Shown piece by piece: positions 10,521 to 22,222 of a stretch of 64,000 nt of DNA. Position 1 is the stretch's first letter. The number at the start of each line of letters is the position of its first letter. The translations under genes were made by a program, and so were the position numbers. Under the pieces are notes generated by a model. That model made no database searches and was not told where the DNA came from. It saw only the letters and a program-made list of their open reading frames with translations. Source of the DNA: Trypanosoma brucei (Eukaryota); the NCBI GenBank assembly GCA_000002445.1, contig CH464491.1, positions 4,896,001-4,960,000 on the forward strand, in the 5' to 3' direction.

Positions 10521-13076
10521 TCACGGTGGCTCCTTCCCTCTCCGTGCAAAATGCCGTGCAATCCACTTTTCGGAAGCCTCCCTTTTGACATCTTCAGGGT
10601 CATCAGCGCACACAGGCTTTATCTGCGTGTGAAATAGCGGTCGGCAGCTGTGGCGGAGCGTCGATGTCTCTAGTGGGTGCTCGCGTGGCTCAATGCGGAG
10701 GTGGGGATAGGACCGCATGATACGGGAATGTAGGGCTCTGACTGGGTGTTTGCTGTGGTATACTTCTTCAGCACTGCGCCGCAAACATCCGCCTCGTGAC
10801 TCACACATCAGCATGAATTTCATGCTGCGTACAAGAGTGGTCGTCTTGAGTGGCAGGAGGTTTGCTTCCAGCAGAGAGTCCTCTTTGCGCGTCCCATGCG
10901 GTATGCCGGCTATGATGTGACTGGCTTTGTGTTGCGTTGCTGCAAGGAGGTCACGACTTCGTTTTGAAGCGTCCCAGTACCATACCTCAATCCCATACAT
11001 GGTGTGTGCCTGTACGATTACTAGATAAAAAGCTCTCAGTACTTGTCGTCTTGGCCCCCATGTAGAAGCTGAGATGGCTGCTATCTGCAGTAGTCTGAAG
11101 TCCATCTTGCGTCTCGTTTCGGTCGCATGTGTTGCCATCCCCTGCAGACACTGGAATGTTACTCCTAGAAGCTTCGGTGTCCTGTCAGCTCCTATTCTTT
11201 CGCCGTCCAGTTGTAATGTAAGGGGGTGGCGCTCTATACACCCGAAGAGTGTGCACTTTGTTTTCGCTACGTTGACAGACATGAAGTACTCTTGTGACCA
11301 CTGTAACACCACGTTGAGGCCGCATTGCAGTGTGTGGTTGATGACATCCCTCTCTGTGTGTCTCGCAAGTAGCGTCAGGTCGTCTGCAAAGAATCCGTGC
11401 TGCAGTAACGGCACTTCTGCAAGGCGTTGGCTCAACGAGTTCATGACAATAATGAACATGATTGACCCAAGGACAGTTCCTTGTGTCACTCTTCGCTCAA
11501 ATGTTCTGCTTCTGGAAAGCTTCTCCTTGAATCTCACTCTGCCAGTTCGGTTACTCAGAAATGATACGCACCACTTCACAATGTGGGGTGATACCTTCAT
11601 TCTGTGCATTTCCCTCGCAATTTTGTCGTTGTACACTGTATCGAATGCCTTCTCGTAGTCAACGAATACAGCACCCGTACGAGATTGATGCGTGGGGCGG
11701 CAAAGGGCAGCACCGACCTGCAGGAGTTGTTCGAGTGTTGAGCATCCGGGGCGAAAGCCTGATTGCTGCGGCGTCAGCTGGGACTCAACAGTGTCTCTAA
11801 GCCTCGCGGCAATTATGCGCTCCATGACTTTGCAGAGACAGCTCGTGAGCGTCACAGGCCTGTAAGAATCGAGGTCCTCCGCCTTTTTTCCGGCCTTCAG
11901 GATGGGGATGATAACACCAGTCTTCCATGCAGGCGGCACGACTCCCCTTCGTAGGCTGTCATTGAATAGCCTCAGAACAACATTCTGCGCTGTGTTACAG
12001 AGATGTTGCAGTGCCTCGTTGTATAAGCAATCAGGTCCGGCTGCGGATCCACTCGGTAGCAGTTTGATCGATCTCCGTAGTTCAGCCATAGTGATGGGAC
12101 TGAACTCACTCGCTATCGTCTTTATGGGTGCCGGTGGGTGTGAGTCGGGGTGCCTTCTTGCCCGGGATGAGTACAGTTTAATGAACCTCTCAGCTTGACG
12201 GTAGTCCGTGATGGCCGCGTTATCAACAAGTACCGCCGCTGTGGTTAGTGGTCGTGGCGCATATACCTTCTTGACAATGTGCCAACTGCAGCGGTCTGAC
12301 ACCGCAAGTATGGAGCATAGCGTGTTCCATCTCTTCTTTGTGGTACGGTCCAGTATCTGCTTACACGTGGCTACCAACTTTTCCCTTCGATAGGAGGGTC
12401 CGCAACCAGCGATCTCTTCATCGAGTTTCGCGAGCTCAGGTGTCCAATGTGGTGGCGTTGCTCTGCAGCCACGGGGGACGGAGACCTTCGTCGCAATGCG
12501 GATGGCGGAGCTCAATTTCTGTTCCAGGGTGTTGACGTTCTTCTCTCTACCAATTTTCCTGCAGAGCTCGTCAACCTTGAGATGGAAATTCCTCCAGTCA
12601 GCTTTTAGCCATGCGTACATGGGCTTTCGAAGCCGCGGGCAACTCAGTGCATCTGTGTCGTCTCCAACGATAACGTCAAAAAATATGTGATGGTGATCAC
12701 TATCGGGAGAATACAGCGATGTCCACGTGTAAACTGTGCAATTCCTTGACAGTGCCACATCAGGGGTGGACTCTCCGTGGTGGCGCGCGTACCTGGTGTA
12801 CTCACCAGTGTTGCAGACCAGAAACTGGTTGTCAATGCACCACTGTGTGAGGGTTTCACCCTTGGTATTTGGTGGGCTCGCGCGATCCCATGCCAAAGCG
12901 TGTGCGTTAGCCTCTACACCGATGAGCTGGGCCCCGTCAGTCGTCAGAAGCGTATCTAGGTCAGTTGCCGTGAAGGTGTGTTTTGGTGGGATGTATGCCG
13001 ACGTGACGGTCAGCGCAGTTTCACGTGCAAGGTGAATTGTTGCATGCACTTGTTCAATGCGACCAACAACGGTCAT
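10521..13076 (-). CDS. ingi ORF fragment: endonuclease C-terminal part plus reverse transcriptase
   Basis: RT motifs FVDYEKAFDTV and FADDLTLL. Ends at an in-frame TGA before the RNase H segment. Confidence 0.8.
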   Translation of the reverse strand: MTVVGRIEQVHATIHLARETALTVTSAYIPPKHTFTATDLDTLLTTDGAQLIGVEANAHALAWDRASPPNTKGETLTQWCIDNQFLVCNTGEYTRYARHHGESTPDVALSRNCTVYTWTSLYSPDSDHHHIFFDVIVGDDTDALSCPRLRKPMYAWLKADWRNFHLKVDELCRKIGREKNVNTLEQKLSSAIRIATKVSVPRGCRATPPHWTPELAKLDEEIAGCGPSYRREKLVATCKQILDRTTKKRWNTLCSILAVSDRCSWHIVKKVYAPRPLTTAAVLVDNAAITDYRQAERFIKLYSSRARRHPDSHPPAPIKTIASEFSPITMAELRRSIKLLPSGSAAGPDCLYNEALQHLCNTAQNVVLRLFNDSLRRGVVPPAWKTGVIIPILKAGKKAEDLDSYRPVTLTSCLCKVMERIIAARLRDTVESQLTPQQSGFRPGCSTLEQLLQVGAALCRPTHQSRTGAVFVDYEKAFDTVYNDKIAREMHRMKVSPHIVKWCVSFLSNRTGRVRFKEKLSRSRTFERRVTQGTVLGSIMFIIVMNSLSQRLAEVPLLQHGFFADDLTLLARHTERDVINHTLQCGLNVVLQWSQEYFMSVNVAKTKCTLFGCIERHPLTLQLDGERIGADRTPKLLGVTFQCLQGMATHATETRRKMDFRLLQIAAISASTWGPRRQVLRAFYLVIVQAHTMYGIEVWYWDASKRSRDLLAATQHKASHIIAGIPHGTRKEDSLLEANLLPLKTTTLVRSMKFMLMCESRGGCLRRSAEEVYHSKHPVRALHSRIMRSYPHLRIEPREHPLETSTLRHSCRPLFHTQIKPVCADDPEDVKREASEKWIARHFARRGKEPP

Positions 13077-13760
13077 ACCTATCTAGGCTGGTAGGTCCTC
13101 CCTCACTAGTATTGATACACCACCTCCTTTGCAGTTACGAGCTATTCCGTGATGTTGGTAGCCAGCAACGCTAAAGCAAGCCGCCCCTCCAGGCGTCATC
13201 CTTGTCTCACTCAACAGACAAAAGGCGATCCGCTCATCAACAAGGGTTTTGTGGAGTGCTAATCTCTTTCCTTGAGATAGCCCGGCGCAGTTTCACTGCA
13301 TCCCGCACAACGACGGGCTGGGATTCTCTTCCACATCACCGGACAGCAGCATCTTAGTGCGGATGATACTGCTGATGGCACGCTGGCACGTGCCCAGGGA
13401 CCGACAAATGAAAAACGGTGTCCCAGCAAGACGCTGCTGATCCCTGTGCTGTATGATGCCGTATCCGGAGCAAAGCAGTGTTCCCCATGAAAGGAACGCT
13501 GCTGGCTCTTGGCTTCCCCCGATGATACGGGGTACTGGACCCTGGCACCACGTTGAGGTGGCCGGCGTCGCCAGGGAAATTTTCTATTTGCTACAAAACT
13601 GGAAACGTAGCAAGAATTTTTCTCTTTTTTGCAGCCATCTGTGCATTCTTTCTTTCCTTTCCTTTTGGATTTCCCCTGCTTGCTCTCCTTTTTCTGCTTT
13701 AGCTTTGCATTTTTAAAATATAAGTGTCACTATCGCAGTCGAGAGTTTTGCATTCCTCTG

Positions 13761-15008
13761 CTATTTTTTGGTGTGTTTGGCGCATTCTTGCGTCAGTGTG
13801 CTTGTCCCAGTTATTAGCGTTAGCTTTCCACTGGTGTGTACATGTGCCGGTACTGTTGATAAGAGGTGGTTAAAAACTGCTTCCGCTTGCCAGCTGAGCA
13901 TGCTCATTTCCGCAATTACTTTATTTTGCTGCGCACAACCGGCCAGTGTCTTCTCTATTTCTTGCGCTGCAGCCTCTAGGTTATCTTCGTATCCAGTTGC
14001 GGCTGCTAATTTGGTAGTTTTGTGTTTCGTGAATTTGCTGAATTCTGCACAGGCGCTGTCAGCTTGGGTGCCGCGGTGGGCTAATGTTCCTTTTGTACCT
14101 ATGTAAACTGCGATGTTCCCGCCTGCCGCGAACGTTTTCCACATTTGCCGGGGTCAGCCCGCTGCTGTCCGAACCGCCGCTGGTGTCAGGTCGCCTTTGT
14201 TGTACGCTTCGCACATGGTTATCAGTGCATCGCCTGCGTTGGTGTAGGTTGTAGGAGTTGCGGCGTCCGCGGCGATGTTCCGTGTGGTTGTTGGAGCTGA
14301 GCAAATGTCGATCGTCATCGTTCCCGAGTGTTTGCTGCACACACAAGCCAGCGACGTGCAAATGGAGTCGGTGGCGTTATCGTCTTTGCAGATGTCTTGC
14401 CTTGTTGAACCCGTTGGGGTCATGCACCGGTCTTCGTCGGTTTTGCCTGCCGTGTCCTGTCCAAACACTGCTTTGTTTATGAAGCCATCTATGTGAGCTT
14501 TGTCCCCCTCAATGGCTGGTTTTATATCTGTGGCATGCTGTTCCGCTAACCGCCTAGCGTACTCGGTGATCGCGGCTATTGTTAGAGCCGCCTGGCCTTC
14601 CGCACTGCGCATTGTGCTGTCGCCTATGTATTTGTTCCCAGGTCTGACGCCTTCGCTGTGAGCTGTAATGTTCGCTTTCGCATGAGCTTTCCACTGTTTG
14701 TGGCACTGTGGAAGCTCGTTATTGTCTTTGCATGGGTTTTGTCGGCGTTAACGATTTGCGGCTTTGTTGGGAACTGCTTTGCCCAATCGGGGTGTGCAAG
14801 TGACATGTCAAGGGCTTCTATTATTTCGTATGTTGCTTCGACATCTTCGACAGCTGGTAAGACTGTGTCCTTTGCCTGCCGCAAGTTTACAATGTCGCAT
14901 AGGACATCTAGTTCTGCTAGGTTTTTTTGCGTTAGCGTCGTCTGCTGCGCTGGCTTGCTCGGCAGAAATAAGCAAAGCCAAAAACACAACGGTGACTAGC
15001 ATATTCAA
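13761..15008 (-). pseudogene. VSG pseudogene, N-terminal domain (frameshifts, no C-terminal domain)
   Basis: Signal peptide MLVTVVFLALLISAEQASA. VSG-like segments in three frames (14624-14989, 14154-14612, 13761-14144). Ends about 185 bp from the ingi 5' end. Confidence 0.7.
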
Positions 15009-16514
15009 TCCTTTGTTCCACTACTCTTCGCCATTGGAAAGTAATCCGTTGAAGAATGTTTACTTGGATCGCTACCGGGGCTAAAACTGGCTGGCGGCGG
15101 CTTTGAAAACACATGTACACAACGCTGTCGCTGCTCATATCCGGTCTTTAATATATTAAAAATTTTTTTTTTGCAAAGCCACTTCTCTTTTGCTGCGCGT
15201 TACTTCCATCTTGTTGCCGACGCTGTCACGCGGTCTGTTTATGCGTAACAAACTCCCACATAGAATTTATGCTGGCTGTTTTGAGGCTAAGTATATTGGC
15301 GTTCAGCAGGCTGTAAGCATCATTCCTTTGAGTATCGCCTCATTTACTAATTGTGGTGTTTTTGTGTATCCGGGTTGGGGTAAAATTGAGTGTTTGTTTC
15401 AGCATCTGTTCTATTTATGGATATGTGGTCGAAAAAGTTTAAGTTATGGCTGGTGCCACTAGTGTAGATAAATCAGCTTCGTAAATGATTGGTTATTATT
15501 ATTATTTTTTCTGGACATGCACCGACTGCGGGGACAGTAGCTCTAATAAAAACAACGAGTTGTTTCCAAAATTTATTCAACTGCTTCTTTTAGCTCAACC
15601 CTTTTACTATTATTATATTCCCCCTAACTAACGATACAGAAAGTTGTAAACATAGCAGGTGCGTATGGAAGATAAATGTTTATTACTGGTTTAAGGCTGT
15701 TATGTTCCACTCACTAGCATTCTTATAGACAACATTGTCTCTAATCTTCTAATTCTGCTATTCAACATTAATTTTAGACGTCAACATGCTTTCTAGAAAA
15801 CAAAAAAAGCATGTACCCCATATAATAACTTCGCGACTTCAACTGAGTATAGGGACTACTAAGAGTTCCTTTTCCTGCGGTATCTCATGATGCGATAACA
15901 TTTTTATTCCTGTACTTACTACTCTGCCTTTGTGCATTGTTCTTTTTGCTTGTAGTGATTCAACATTTCGTTCTTGTTTGTGTGTTCTCACAAGGTTTTG
16001 TTCCACCATTAGATATTTTGTCTATTTCCATCGCTTACTTGGAGTAGTTATTTCTGTTGAGTCACAAATGTTTATATGAATTGCACATTATTTATCAGCT
16101 CAATTCCATGCTTTGTGTAGAGTTATATTAATTTTAATGCCTTGACTGAAAATAATGCATTCGCCGGACACTTCTTGAGATCATATTGGCAGTGATGCTC
16201 TTATATGCCTTCCACTTCCATCTCTCCCTTGTGAAGAATATACATACACCATTCGGCTTGAAACATGGACTTTCTCCATAACTCATTGTCCTATCTATTA
16301 TTTTCCTGTGTACAATGATGTCCGCTGTTATCTTTGTTTTTTAACCTCGCATAATCTATATTCCAATTTCTTTGTTTATTTTTATGCGTTTACTTCAACA
16401 TTATTAGTCGTGAACTCTCACAGTCTTTCACTCACTCGCTCTCATTTCACCTTACAATTTTTAAGGTTCATCTATGATTTCAGTACATTCACTCTTCACT
16501 GTTTTCTCATCACG

Positions 16515-16590
16515 ATGTTAGTACACACACACTCACAACCCACTCCAATCATTATCACCACTGTTATAACCATGACTATTAGCCATAAAA
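16515..16590 (-). repeat. Degenerate 70-bp repeat remnant (reverse orientation)
   Basis: ACACACACTCACAACCCACTCCAATCATTATCACCACTGTTATAACC resembles the reverse complement of the 70-bp core. Confidence 0.3.
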
Positions 16591-16860
16591 TAAAATTAAC
16601 AAGAAAAATAACAAAATGGCAAAATTTCATAATACCACCAATTTGTTATACCATATCACCCTAACACTTTGACCTTTGTGTCATTTTCATTATCAAATTT
16701 ACAGATATTTATGTTTTTAAAAAATTATAGATTTCTCAAAAGTTTTACAATAGTGTTAAAAATATTCAAATTTTAGAAAATATCAAAATTTTATAAATTT
16801 AGCAAAATTATTTAAAATTTTAGAATCCTTCAAATATAAAGCACATAAAAGAAACAAAAA

Positions 16861-18414
16861 TTATATCTTATTTTTATTTAAAAGACAAATAACATTTCGG
16901 CACATTTCTTTTTCGTGTTCATGTTCGCCCTCTTTACCCTTCCTCCATGCACAATTTTGCTTCTCGCCTGTTTTGTCAGCCTCACATTTTGCCTTATCAG
17001 TTCCGTGACTTGCACACCCAGCCGTGGCTGCTGTCCCTGCATCTCCTGTTCCTTCTGCCGTGTTTTCTTTTCCTGGTTTAGGTTTGCATTCCTTTTTAAT
17101 TTTATCATATTTGCAAGAGTCTGTTTGTGCAGGTCGTTTCATTGCCGTTAAATTTAGCGCATTTATTCTGCTCGTCTAATGTTACCGGTGTTGTTGTCGC
17201 GTCTGCTGATTTGTGCAAAGATCCCATTAGCAAAAGCGCTTCTATTTGATTTTGAAGTTGCTGTGCTTTGGCAATCGTCATTTGTGATTCCCTTGCTATT
17301 CTGTCCGCGGCTATGAGTTTTTCGCTTACCGCCCGCACGGCGTTTACCCATGGTATACCTGCTTTTTTGGCTAGCAAGTCGACGTAGTCAATGCAGGCCC
17401 CCTTGCCTGCCGCGGGTGTGTTCGCTGTTGAAGGTGTTGTGCACGCTGGTGTAGCGGTGTTATCGTAGGCATAATACCCGAAGATCTCCGCGGCTTTATG
17501 TAGGCTCCCCGTGTCTGAGTTTGGGGCGCTGCCTGTTGCGACCGCGTTTTGCCTAATTGTGCATAAAATGCACTGATTGCCTCTTGCAGCTTCTCTGGCG
17601 TCAGTTGCACTGTGCCAGTTGGAACTACGGTGTCGCATTCCTTGCTGTAGTCTTGCCAGTTAGCTGCGGCTTTTTCTTGCCCTCCCGCGGCGACTCCTAT
17701 CTGTGTGTTTGCGCCTAGTGTTGGATCTTTGCAATAAATGTTGCTGCTTGGTTGGGCCCCGACACAAAGGCAGACTGCGTCTTGGGCAAGTGCCTGGCCG
17801 GCGTGTCCCGTTGAGCCGTCCGGTTTCTTGCATATTGTGTCTCGGCCGGCTGTATCCGCCCATGGGAATTTCGTCTTGTCTGGGAAATCTTTCCACGGCT
17901 GTGACGGCTTGTTGTCGCTGCCGATAGAGTTTGCGTACGCTTCGCCGTACAAAGATGCTAGTGCTTGGCTGCGGGCCTGCTTTCTCACGTTTTCAAGGCG
18001 CTCCATGATATTCTTATGTTCATCACGGATATCCAAAGCTCTTTTTGTTAGGTGCGAGAAAGCTTTTTGAAGGCTTGATTTCTGTTCTTGGTTCAGAGGT
18101 AAGCCATATTTTGTTCGAAATTCTTTGTTTGTTTCGTCAGTCGCTATTTCTTTAAAGTCTGCTTTCATGGCCTCAAATTCTGGTTTGTCCAGCCGGTCAA
18201 AGTAGCCCTTTTTCGTTGCGTTCTCTTTTACCTTTTCGTGAGTTCCTTCTGGAGTGTTGTCTGCGAGGATAGCTGCTATTTCACTCTGAACTGTGGTGAG
18301 GTTGAGTTTTATGATATGGCGTACTATTTCACCGACTTTTGCTGCTGGATCCTCTGTTGTTGGATTTGCGGCGCCGCCGCTAACAGCTTTGTGCTCTGGG
18401 ATTGACTGTGTCAA
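16861..18414 (-). pseudogene. VSG pseudogene (frameshifts, no signal peptide, truncated GPI tail)
   Basis: N-domain ORF 17371-18414, middle 17105-17638, C-terminal domain 16861-17142 (GCASHGTDKAKCEADKTGEKQNCAWRKGKEGE...CRNVICLLNKNKI stop). Confidence 0.75.
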
Positions 18415-20596
18415 AAGCTAATAAAATACACAAATGCTCCTAAACTCTCTTGCGTTTTTGACGGCCGCATTGACAGCTTCCGTCGCCACAACAAATATGA
18501 GGGCTGACTCTAACAACATCTGGTTAATTCCGTTGCAGTATTTCTGTTAAAAGAAAAAGTAAGCAAGCCTTCTAAATTTATAAACACCGAAATTTCTCCG
18601 CGTGTTGTGGTAACAAATTCCTTCGAACATTAAATTTTGGTCGCTTCGTAGAGTTACGTAAAAGGCACTCAGTTAAGCCAAATAATACCCACTTTATAGT
18701 TTAAATCCACTTTATCTTTATCTATATCTATATCCATATCGTCTCAAACACTTAAGATTCATGGTCCTCAACGGCCTCTTTCATCTGTTAAGTTGCCGTT
18801 TCCGCTTTGATTCGGAATAAAAAGATGGCATTGTGTTTTTTTTAGCGGAAAAGACTTCACTTATTTCTCTGTTTTTTGCAAGGTATTGTTTCTTTTTGTT
18901 GCGATAGCTTGTTTCAATACCTCTGTTTATCGTATTACGTGCATTTTGTGAAGTCTTCGACTGTAGAATCGTCCATTTTTATCTTTGTGAAGTGCTCGTT
19001 CATTGTTGTTAAAATTGTGTCGTCAATTCCCTTAAAGAGCGTGTTTCCAGGGTCGTTCTTGATAACGTCTTTGCTTTTTTCCGTCCTTCAAAGTGTCTAA
19101 AACGTGATACATGTCATTTGGTAAGCTGGTTAAGTTAATCCTCACAATCCTTTCGATTATTCATTTCCGCCTTTCCTCCACGTTCTAGAGTGTTTGCCTT
19201 CCGCCTTGCGAACTTGTAGCCGCTTAATCGGCCGTATTTACAGTGCATGCAGAGTGCACATGTGGTTGAACTCTACAATATTTTCTGCGGCTTCGTTGGC
19301 AGATTTTGTTAAACTTATTAGAAGAAAGAATACCTCTATTAGAATCTTGGCTCCTTATTTTAGTTCAGCAAATATTTGGACGAAAATAATCCGTAAAATT
19401 AATAAAATACAAAATTCTTCAAATGTCAGTGGAAGAATAAAAGTTATCATGACTTTCAGGTTGTATTTTTAGGGATTACATGTAGACAAAACATGTGTTT
19501 TTCTACTAATTTCCACTTTTAATTCTAAGTTAGTTTATTTTACATCTATTGAATCTATCATTTATGCGTTGCAATATCTTTCATAATCTTTTAATTCGCA
19601 TATTTCGTTTGATTTGGAATTATTACGTAAAGTTGTTGTTTTTCTGTTGAAGTATTTGGCGTTTTGGCTATATAATTCATTCTAGGAAACTGTTTTTGTT
19701 GTTTTTTAAGACTAGGCAGTATATGTCTCGAAAGCAATCTCCTTGTCTCTTCGTCTCACCTTTTGCATATCTTTAGCTATGCATGCATCCGAAACAGCTG
19801 TTATATGAACAACTCGCCGCCTAAATGCTGTTGGGTCTCACCGTCACACCCACATTGCAGTTGGGTGGCGTCGTTTTCAAGCTTCTATACTTCTTACAAA
19901 AATTGCTTCCTAGCCAGATTCATGCTCTATTTTAAGAATTTTCAGCGTTTTTACTCTTCCTTTTCTGTGAATAGTAGTCTATTTGTAGTTCCATTTTTAA
20001 AATACACAATAATGTTTTATAGCTTCCCACAAATGTCAGCCATTATTATTATATCTTATGAGAAGACTTCTACATTACACCACACATACCAGATCCGTTC
20101 CTCGTGCCTCTCCTTCTTGTACTTCACAGCTGTACGTCAGAATCCGCCATCTGATTTAAAACTACAGTGACCATCATCACCTCCGTCGTCGCATCTATCT
20201 ATTATACAGTTAAATAGCGCGCACGATCTTTTCCTGCATTATTTTTCTTCTTTCCTTTTCCGTTCCGGTAATCCACTTCTTTCACTCTGTATTTTTTAAT
20301 TTTTTATGTACTTCTACCATCGCTGCGAATAACGTAGTAATTCCATGTAACTTCACACTTTATTCTCTCTCTTCTCCCGTTATCCCCTACAACATCTCCT
20401 TTTATGTGATAATGCACACATTCATGTTTTTGTGTTTGAAACACCGCATATTCCTTCTTCATTTCTGTCTCAGTGTCTTTCTTTTTCTATATTTCGGTAA
20501 ATAATATTTCTCTACCCACTTACTTATTCTCATAGTTTCCTTATCATTTTTTAAGGATTTTTACATTTCACTGTTATTTTGACTTTTTCTGCTTTA

Positions 20597-20633
20597 TTAT
20601 AATATTCTTTTCTACAAACTCACAACATTCTTC

Positions 20634-20694
<61 letters not shown>

Positions 20695-20760
20695 GTTGGT
20701 GTTGTTGGTGTGGTTAGGGTAATTGGGATGATGATGATGATGATGATGTTGATGCCGTAG
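20597..20760 (-). repeat. 70-bp repeat unit (reverse) with expanded triplet tract
   Basis: TTATAATATTCTTTTCTACAAACTCACAACATTCTTCTATTATT, then (ATT)~29, then (GTT/GGT)n, GGTTAGGGTAATTGGG and (GAT)n. Confidence 0.6.
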
Positions 20761-20924
20761 CACAAGCTACTTTAGATCCAGAGGATCCTGTGAGACGCAT
20801 ATTACTAAGAGTTGCATCTGTGGACAGCTTTGTAAAGCTTCATATTTTCGGCGAAACATGCTAAAATAAATCAAATTTATAGAAATTTAAAAAAAAATTC
20901 AGAAAACTCTACAAACCAAAGTAA

Positions 20925-21320
20925 CTTTTAATAAAAATGAGAACAATTCTTAGAATTCAAAAAAATATACTATACTCACAAAAACAGCAGCCATCAGAGC
21001 AAATTTTTTGTTACAAGCAAACTGGAAGAGATAAAAAAACAGGAGTTACTGGGCCAGCGCCATCAATGTAAGTAATGCAACCACAAAAAGCTTTCTTTCC
21101 TTGAGGAATTGCGCCAGTTATTTTGGTGAATTCTTCAGAAGTTTTGGCGGAAGCGCACCTATCTGTTGTTGTATCTCCTGTTCCTGTTTCTGCTTGTTTG
21201 GCATTCTCAATCAATGTGCACTTTTTGTCCTCGTCTGATCTGGAGTTAAAAACGCACCCCTGGCAGTTGAGCGGCGGAAGCCGTCGGGTTGAGGCAACAG
21301 ATTGCGATGCTGAAGGTTAA
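20925..21320 (-). pseudogene. Orphan VSG C-terminal-domain fragment
   Basis: KKAFCGCITYIDGAGPVTPV... The GPI tail NKKFALMAAVFVSIV is in another frame. No N-domain upstream. Confidence 0.6.
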
Positions 21321-21699
21321 TTTCTAATTTTATTAATCTTTCTCCCCATATATTAGTGTTTTTAATTTATTACCCCCTTGAAAACAAATCGTATCCCGTA
21401 GTAAACTTCCACGCGCCAGCGTAAAACAAAAAGAAGGAAAAATTTGAAGGCTTGCGCACAGCAAAATGCAGAGCTGAAATTCACAAAAGCAAAATGAACA
21501 TAAGTGTAACGATGTGGAGATAAAAATGAAAGTAAAAAAAAACGCTGACGTCTGCAGTAGAAGTAAGTGGCAACCTTGTTGTTAAAAAAAAAGAGCCGGT
21601 GCATCATCAAAAAATATGGAAATAAATTTAAAAAATGAATCCCAAAAAGATAAAATCTGGCATTTAAAAAAAATTAAGCGCCGTTGCATGGCTTAGCGG

Positions 21700-21840
21700 C
21701 GAATAAGGGTTAGGGTCCGCATAACAAAAGAGCTGCTGCACCATTAAGAAAAAAGTGAAAAGTCTCGACGCTTTACTGCTAGTAAATAAAAATATTTTTA
21801 GTGAGAAGACAATGAAAACCCTAACCCTAACCCTAAACGG
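21700..21840 (-). repeat. Telomere-hexamer-bounded element, copy 1
   Basis: GAATAAGGGTTAGGGTCCGCATAACAAAAGAGCTGCTGCACCATTAA...CTGCTAGTAAA...AAACCCTAACCCTAACCCTAAA. Homologous to the copies at 31005-31195 and 55510-55600. Confidence 0.6.
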
Positions 21841-22167
21841 CTAAACACCACCGGGAAATCTGGACACTCTGCGCGGTGTGCCTGGTTGTACACCAAAAGA
21901 AATGCAGCGCGCCGCAAAAAAAATTTGGCACTCTTCACCCTAAAAAAATAAAAATTAACTCTTAAAATCAAAAACCTAAAAATGCCGAAATGAAAGACCA
22001 AAAATTTACCCTAACAATGTTTGCTAGAAAATTTAACCCTGACCTTCCTTCATTCTTTTCTTCTTTATTCGTTTTCAACAAAAAACAAGGAAAAAAAAAT
22101 TCACCCATCAGGAAATTTTACAGAGTCACAATTTGACGAACACACATTATTTTCGGGAAATTGTAAG

Positions 22168-22183
22168 GTGTTAAAATATATCA
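22168..22183 (-). promoter_or_regulatory. VSG 3'UTR 16-mer (exact TGATATATTTTAACAC on the minus strand)
   Basis: GTGTTAAAATATATCA on +, 40 bp downstream of the VSG stop at 22223. Confidence 0.8.
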
Positions 22184-22222
22184 AACAGCAAAGTTTTTTT
22201 TTTAAAAAGAGGGGAAATTTGT

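Larger units (their letters stand above)
8321..13576 (-). mobile_element. ingi non-LTR retrotransposon, full-length (~5.25 kb), degenerate
   Basis: 3' end at 8321 (poly-T on + followed by AATTTTCTTCGTGCCTTCGTGAGAG, the reverse complement of the ingi 3' terminus). 5' end CCCTGGCG... lies at 13576. The interior encodes endonuclease, RT, RNase H and zinc-finger segments in three broken ORFs. Confidence 0.9.

Noticed and set aside
15100-16500. Intergenic AT-rich stretches (15100-16500, 18500-20590, 24320-26040, 28250-29650, 38000-39700) scanned for hidden genes or RNAs
   Set aside because: No ORF over about 100 aa with recognisable similarity and no tRNA-like cloverleaf or rRNA-like blocks. Interpreted as VSG co-transposed or spacer regions.
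21819-21837. CCCTAACCCTAACCCTAAA and the other hexamer clusters considered as a genuine telomere or chromosome end
   Set aside because: Only 2-3 hexamers each, internal to the window, flanked by unique sequence and VSG fragments on both sides. They are interstitial telomere-like motifs, not a terminal repeat array.
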